Shown here: piece by piece, positions 60,633 through 64,000 of the stretch
Layout: every line of letters begins with the position of its first letter
Position numbering within the stretch: position 1 is the stretch's first letter
The notes under the pieces: model-generated
Told to the model about the DNA's origin: nothing
What the model saw: the letters and a program-made list of their open reading frames with translations, nothing else
Database searches by the model: none
Origin: Amoebophrya sp. A120
Taxonomy: Eukaryota > Protista > Dinoflagellata
Reading direction: 5' to 3'
Assembly: GCA_905178155.1 (NCBI GenBank)
Contig: CAJINV010000001.1
Location: 5,650,724-5,714,723, forward strand
Length of the DNA: 64,000 nucleotides
Program-made: the position numbers and the translations under genes

Positions 60633-62509
60633 ATCAGAAAGAATGAAACACTTTTAGCTTCATGTCATCTTCCAACACACTACTTCACGTGAACGTCCTC
60701 GATCTATGATATTCTGCACGAGCCTTCTCGCCGAGCTTCATGATTCGAATTCCGAGTGCGCCATGCTTGCCCAACGGGACGATTCTTCTTTTTGGCGACT
60801 TTCAGTGGAAAGAACCGATAGATGTCTACGAAGCGAAACGACGAGAGAAGAGACGATGGGCGATTGAGTCTTACGAAACGATGACGACGACGAAAAAGAA
60901 GCATGCCTCGTTCAGTTCCCCTGCTAAATTCTTCCAAAACCCGAGGCCGAGAAAAACACGTTTCTAGCTGTGCAAGTCAAGATTGGGCTTGAATAGGGTT
61001 CCAGCCTCGATTCCCCCGCTCTTGCAGGATTCCTGCCTCTTTGATTTTTTCTATGCTTCCAGGGTCTTTCTAAAGCAGTGACTGAGTTTCATGTTTGGTA
61101 CTTTTCATCTTGGTGTCTGTTGTCGTGTCTTCGATTTTTTTTTTCAATACCTTCCCGATCTGATTTTGCATCAAAGTCGGTAGTTGTTTCTCTTGTCTAC
61201 CACTACCCACTCGATATGTGGAAAATTTATGGAATTTCATTTTCTAGTGTTGGGTACGTAACAAGGTCAGTTGTACTACAACTGGAGGGAAAATTTTTGT
61301 TGTACCCGGTTACAAAGTGTCCTATCTTTCGTTTCCTTTTCCATGATGCTGTGTTGTTTTGTGTTGTGCTTCTTCTACTATTTTTATTCTCTAGTGATAT
61401 CCTAATTTTCTTCTTTCCACTTCTGCTTTCGATTCACTGCTACTCGTATGCTATATCATTATGTTTGTCAGAAGATTCCAAACATCTTACAAGTCGTTTT
61501 CTCGAAATTCATACCAAAACAATAAGTGTGTACATTTTGTGTTGAACTATTTCAATCTAAGAGTTACAACGTGTTTTTCGTGGTGACGGATTCCTCTATG
61601 CAAAAATTTGATACAATGACGATTGACGGATATCTTCTTGTTCTGTGTTGAAAACTTTCGAAACTTCTCATTTTTTACTCATGCAGTGATCACACCACTC
61701 CCCCGGTGCATCTGCACAACCGGAGCGCGGGTGACTCTACCCATTGAAAGTCAATATGAAAAAAATCTAATTGCCACATTGCATTTTTACGAGAAAAATA
61801 GTAAAATTCACTTTTCGTTTCTCAGAGGTGAGTAGAACGGATAAGCATATGTTGAAGGCGTGTAAGTTGTACTCGTATAGCGTAAAATTCTTGTTTCGTT
61901 GCTTTTTGCCGCCTCGTTTTCATCAAACAAATCAAGTTGTACGAATCTTTATCATACTGGCCTAACTCGGTGTCATTAAGGGTTAAAAAATATATCGCAA
62001 TAGACAACGTGCGAAAACAGGAGTCGCACTGGCGTCTCCCGATCTCGACTTCATAGTCAGCATGCATCAAGTCAAAAATTTTCTAGAAATCTTTATCTTG
62101 GTGCCCTAGAAAGTCTTCCTGGTTGTATTTTTCCCAAAAGGTTTTTTATAGTTTCTTCCCGAAGAAAATTACTCTATCCCCTCCCAGCTCTTTGTCGCAT
62201 AATTTTAAGTTGCAAAAATTCTGCCGATAAGAAGTCTGAGTTTGAGTCTCTGTTATAAAAATCAATTTTGGATTTCACGCCTTTTCGATTTAGTATCGTT
62301 TGTTAATGTCAGCTTTTGCTCGCTTTCTTTGCGAAAGCGAATAACAAAACCGACTTCAATCATAAACAATTTCTACCACGTCAAGGTTAAACAATCTCAG
62401 AGAATTCTACAAATACTTTGTTTCGTACCTTATTTCATATTTTCCGATAAATTTTCGACTCAATTCCAATCATTTTACTTTCGAAAGCCTACTGCTCCCC
62501 TCCAAGTCT

Positions 62510-62984
62510 TCACTGTTCCTCCACGGATCCCTGCCGGCTTTCAGAGTTCCGGCGGACCAGGATGTTATCCGGCCCGCCAACGATCGCCGTGATGCCGAGT
62601 TCCGACGCTCGCCGCGACCCGTTGTCGTTGTTGATCTCCTGCAGCAGGTCTTGCAAACTGCCGCTCGCCGTGCCGCCGCTGGTGTGGAACACGATGGTGG
62701 AGTTCGTGGCGACGATGGTAGTCGTGTTCTGCCCGTTGTTCATCTCCCCCGACGGGGAATTCGGCGAGCGGATCGCGGTGATCTGGTTCGCGTCGCACAA
62801 GGTCGTTTGCAAGTTGATACCCGCCGGCGTAATCATGCCCGCCGGCGTGCCCACCACCACGTTGGATTCGGGCGCGGTCACCACAGAGGACGGCTTGCTG
62901 GACGGCTTGCTGGTCGAGGAGACAATCTCGTTCTGATGTTCCTTCTTACTTGCTGTGTGTTCCACAACGACATAATTCGACGAC
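62510..62984 (-). CDS. Probable 3' exon of a gene extending beyond the window (Ser/Thr/Asn-rich)
   Basis: GC3-rich ORF whose frame is open up to the TIR at 62985, where TGA and TAG stops appear. Confidence 0.55.
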
Positions 62985-64000
62985 TATCATGAGGAAAAAT
63001 CTCCCCCCCCCATATCGAAAAGACAGAAACACAAAAAAAAACAATTTATTTGATACCTCAAATCAGATGTAGTTTTTTTGATCAAGATATCAGCCGCGTT
63101 TTAGTTTCTTTGGTGCGGATATCAACCGGGCGCGGGAGAAAGTGGCACTTGGGCAAGATATCAAGCGGGTTTGGGTTTCCTGGGGCCACCGTAGCACGCG
63201 GATTCCGCTTTTTTTCAAAAGTGCGGCACTTTTTTGAATCAAAGACAATCAATCGCGGCGGCACGGCCGTCCTTTGGGATGTCCCTACGTTGCGAATCCG
63301 CATGGTACGGCCTCCCCGCAAGAACCGCCAAAAGGCGCCGGGCCTCGGCCGCAGCATAGCACCGGGATTCGGGTCCCCCGCCGGCCCCAGGGAGGCCGTA
63401 GCATGCGGGTTCGGGCGCGCTTTTTTTTTGAGACCCTGACGCCCTGAGACCCAAACCAGCGAAACACGACGGCAGCGTGGTTTTCTTGTGTTTAGAATGA
63501 CGCAAAATAAATACTCATAGCATCGCGATTTCGATTTCTCTTGTTTTTTGGGGGATCCGCCTTTTCCACGGGGATCCGCCCGTTCCCCGGGGATCCGCCT
63601 GTTACTCGGGGATCCGCCCGCTCCCCGGGGATCCGCCTTCGCCCAGGGGATCCGCCCGTTCCCCGGGGATCCGCCTTCGCCCAGGGGATCCGCCCCTTCC
63701 CCGGGGAACCGCCTTCGCTCAGGGGATCCGCCCGCTCCCCGGGGATCCGCCTTCGCGCAGGGGATCCGCCCGGTCCCAGGGGATCCGCCCGTTCCCCGGG
63801 GATCCGCCTTCGCTCAGGGGATCCGCCCGTTCCCCGGGGATCCGCCTGCGCGCAGGGGATCCGCCCGCTCCCCGGGGATCCGCCTTCGCCCAGGGGGTCC
63901 GCCCGGTCCCAGGGGATCCGCCCCTTCCCCGGGGATCCGCCTTCGCTCAGGGGATCCGCCCGTTCCCCGGGGATCCGCCTTCGCTCAGGGGATCCGCCCG
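62985..64000. mobile_element. Large family-A-TIR element (>1 kb, truncated by the window end)
   Basis: Begins TATCATGAGGAAAAATCTCCCCCCCCCATATCGAAAAG, matching the family A left ends (28621 and 42122). The internal sequence is different. Confidence 0.75.
63550..64000. repeat. GC-rich minisatellite, 19-20 bp unit with core GGGGATCCGCC
   Basis: More than 20 units, mostly alternating GGGGATCCGCCCGTTCCCC and GGGGATCCGCCTTCGCTCA types. Continues off the end. Confidence 0.97.

Noticed and set aside
61000-62460. AT-rich stretch as a decayed transposase or large intron
   Set aside because: No TIR, TSD or convincing ORF found by eye; treated as intergenic.
63050-63505. ORFs inside the large element as transposase
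   Set aside because: They are short and lack DDE or recombinase motifs.
63550-64000. CRISPR array
   Set aside because: Spacers are only 8-9 nt and are repeated; there are no cas genes; the context is eukaryotic.

Overview
Eukaryotic, intron-containing, gene-dense DNA in which every recognisable gene lies on the minus strand. Gene content, co-orientation and the non-canonical introns point to a parasitic dinoflagellate (Syndiniales, Amoebophrya-like); this is inference. Recognisable genes: ATG7, GRASP, a Prp18 homologue with a rewritten conserved loop, AP-3 beta, an SR/RRM splicing factor, a bacterial-type PARG (DUF2263/TIGR02452 macrodomain) next to two PARP/Gig2-like ADP-ribosyltransferases, a C2HC zinc-finger protein, a four-copy intronless orphan family, and large secreted or membrane proteins. 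Most introns I checked are GT-AG. Six are MITE-like introners with TAT...ATA terminal inverted repeats (TIRs). Five of these have exact 5-bp target-site duplications (TSDs) and cannot be read as GT-AG. They include one family present in both orientations and a composite copy carrying structured cargo. A seventh TIR opens a >1 kb element with an internal satellite that runs off the window end. All gene models were built by eye, so exon limits are approximate.
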